Positions 62,230-64,000 of a stretch of 64,000 nt of DNA are shown piece by piece (position 1 is the first letter of the stretch; each line of letters starts with the position of its first letter). The translations under genes and the position numbers were made by a program. A model generated the notes under the pieces. The model was not told where the DNA came from, did no database searches, and was given only the letters and a program-made list of their open reading frames with translations. The DNA lies in assembly GCF_009914755.1 (NCBI RefSeq), contig NC_060937.1; one strand, 5' to 3'. The DNA is from the human T2T-CHM13v2.0 reference genome, Homo sapiens.

Positions 62230-64000
62230 TTATATACTGTACATAAAATATGAAAGTAAAAAAACATTTATAATAAACTGTACATAAAATATCAAAGTAC
62301 TCAAACTATATATCATATACTGTACATAAAATATCAAAGTACCCAAACTGTGTATTATTATATACTGTATATAAAATATCAAAGTACCTGAAATATATAC
62401 TGTATACTGTACATAAAATATCAAAGTACCCAAAATATATACTATATACTGTACATAAAATATGAAGGTACATCAAATATATATTATATCCTGTACATAA
62501 AATATCAAAGTACACCTATTATATATTGTGTACTGCACATAATATATTAAATCGCCCAAATATATATTGTATACTGTATATAAAATATGAAGGTACTTCA
62601 AATATATATTATATGCTGCACATAAAATATCAAAGTACCCAAAGTATGCATTACATACTGTACATAAAATATCAAATTACACAAATTATATATTATATTC
62701 TGTACATAAAATATGTAGGTTCTTCAAATATATTTTATATTCTGTACATAATATATCAAAGTACATCAAATATATATTATATACGGTACATAAAATATCA
62801 AAGTACCCAAAATATGTATTAATTACTGTGCATAAAATATGAAAGTAACCAAACATTTATAATAAACTGTACATAAAATATCAAACTACTCAATCTACAT
62901 ATTATATACAGTATATAAAATATCAAAGTACACAAACTGTATATTATATACTGTACATAATATATCAAAGTACCCAGAATATATAGCATACTGTACATAC
63001 AATATCAAAGTACCCAGAATGTATATTGTATTCTGTACATAAAATATGAATGTACATCAAAGATATATTATATTCTGTACATAAAATATCAAAGTACACC
63101 AAATATATATTATATGCTGTACATAATATATTAAAGTTGCCCATGCATACATTTTATACTGTACATAAAATATGAAGGTACATCAAATATATAGTATATG
63201 CTGCACATAAAATATCAAAGTACCCAAAGTATGTATTATATACTGTACATAAAATATCAAAGTACCAAAAGTATATATTACCTACTGTAAATAAAATATG
63301 AAGATACCTCAAATATATATTATATTCTGTACATGAAATATCAAAGTACACCAAGTATATACTATATAGTCTACATAAAATATTAAATTACCCAAAATAT
63401 GTATTGTATTGTGTACATAAAATATGAAAGTAACCAAACATTTATAATAAACTGTACATAAAATATCAAAGTACTCAAACTTTATATTATATACTGTACA
63501 TAAAGTATCAAAGTACCCAAACTGTGTAGTATATACTGTACATAAAATATCAAGGTACCCAAAATGTATATTGTAAACTGTAGATAAAATATCAAAGTAC
63601 CCAAAATATATATTATATACTGTACATAAAATATGAAGGCTCATCCAATATATATTATATTCTGTACATAAAATATCAAAGTACACCAAATGTATATTAT
63701 ATACTGTACATAAAATATAAAACTACCCCAAATATATCTTATATACTCTACATAAAATATCAAAGTACCCAAAATATATATTATATACTGTACATAAAAT
63801 ATCAAAGTACCCATAGTATGTATTATATCCTGTACATAAAATATGAAGGTACGTCAAATATATATTCTATTCTGCACATAAAATATCATATTGCACCAAA
63901 TATATATTGTATACTGTATATAAAATATGAAGGTAATTCAAATATATATTATATGCTGCACATAAAATATCAAAGTACCCAAAGTATGCATTATATACTG
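62230..64000 (+). repeat. Partial higher-order unit with A-type head, truncated by the window edge
   Basis: Contains the A block (AACTACCCC 63721, ATCATATTGCACC ~63885). Confidence 0.85.

Larger units (their letters stand above)
1..64000 (+). repeat. Human/primate satellite 1 (HSat1A / SAR) array, 42-bp monomer, (peri)centromeric or acrocentric-type heterochromatin
   Basis: Continuous head-to-tail copies of ACATAAAATAT(C/G)AAAGT + ACCCAAAATATATATTATATACTGT with two GTAC per monomer, matching the classical satellite 1 17+25 bp structure. No unique sequence or strand switch seen. About 1520 monomers (64000/42). Confidence 0.97.

Noticed and set aside
256-63689. Hundreds of 60-245 aa ORFs rich in Y/I/L/F/C on both strands (e.g. 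YFDILCTVYNI, YYILYIKYQST repeats)
   Set aside because: The 42-bp monomer is a multiple of 3 and has stop-free frames, so overlapping ORFs arise automatically in three frames. They end at the fixed 39/40/41-bp monomers or at point variants, and show no domain, codon or splice signature.
1-64000. CRISPR-like appearance: a conserved TATACTGTACATAAAATATCAAAGTAC core alternating with a more variable ~15-bp segment
   Set aside because: The variable parts are point variants of one consensus and recur in fixed order in each unit. There are no unique spacers, leader or cas genes.
1-64000. Alternative identities: alpha satellite, HSat1B (DYZ2-type), HSat2/3, or an AT-rich parasite/organelle repeat
   Set aside because: No 171-bp period or CENP-B box, no Alu fragment or ~2.4-kb unit, and no CATTC repeats. 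The 17+25 bp RsaI structure is diagnostic of HSat1A.
1-64000. Abundant TATA-like and TATAAT (-10-like) motifs
   Set aside because: Expected from base composition and the monomer consensus. There is no associated gene or other promoter context.

Overview
The whole 64 kb is one uninterrupted, single-orientation, very AT-rich tandem array of the primate/human classical satellite 1 (HSat1A, RepeatMasker 'SAR'). The monomer is 42 bp (consensus ACATAAAATATCAAAGT-ACCCAAAATATATATTATATACTGT, the 17-bp plus 25-bp subunits separated by GTAC/RsaI sites). I see no genes, RNA genes, transposons or CRISPR arrays. All listed ORFs are artefacts of a 42-bp (14-codon) period with stop-free frames. The information in the window is its nested repeat grammar. 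A landmark present once per unit recurs at 256, 5662, 9763, 13070, 18172, 21479, 24502, 28854, 32161, 35174, 38648, 42206, 45229, 48536, 51558, 55910, 59217 and 62230. Every spacing is explained by three higher-order units: A = 3307 bp (79 monomers), B = 3013 bp (72 monomers; B' = 3023 with a 10-bp insertion) and C = 4352 bp (104 monomers). These are modified by whole-monomer, in-register indels of -924, -251, +461, +794 and -543 bp. The order A-B'-C-A-B (about 17 kb) occurs three times, and there are recent multi-kb duplications and mosaic (crossover/conversion) tracts. I found no novel protein-coding system.
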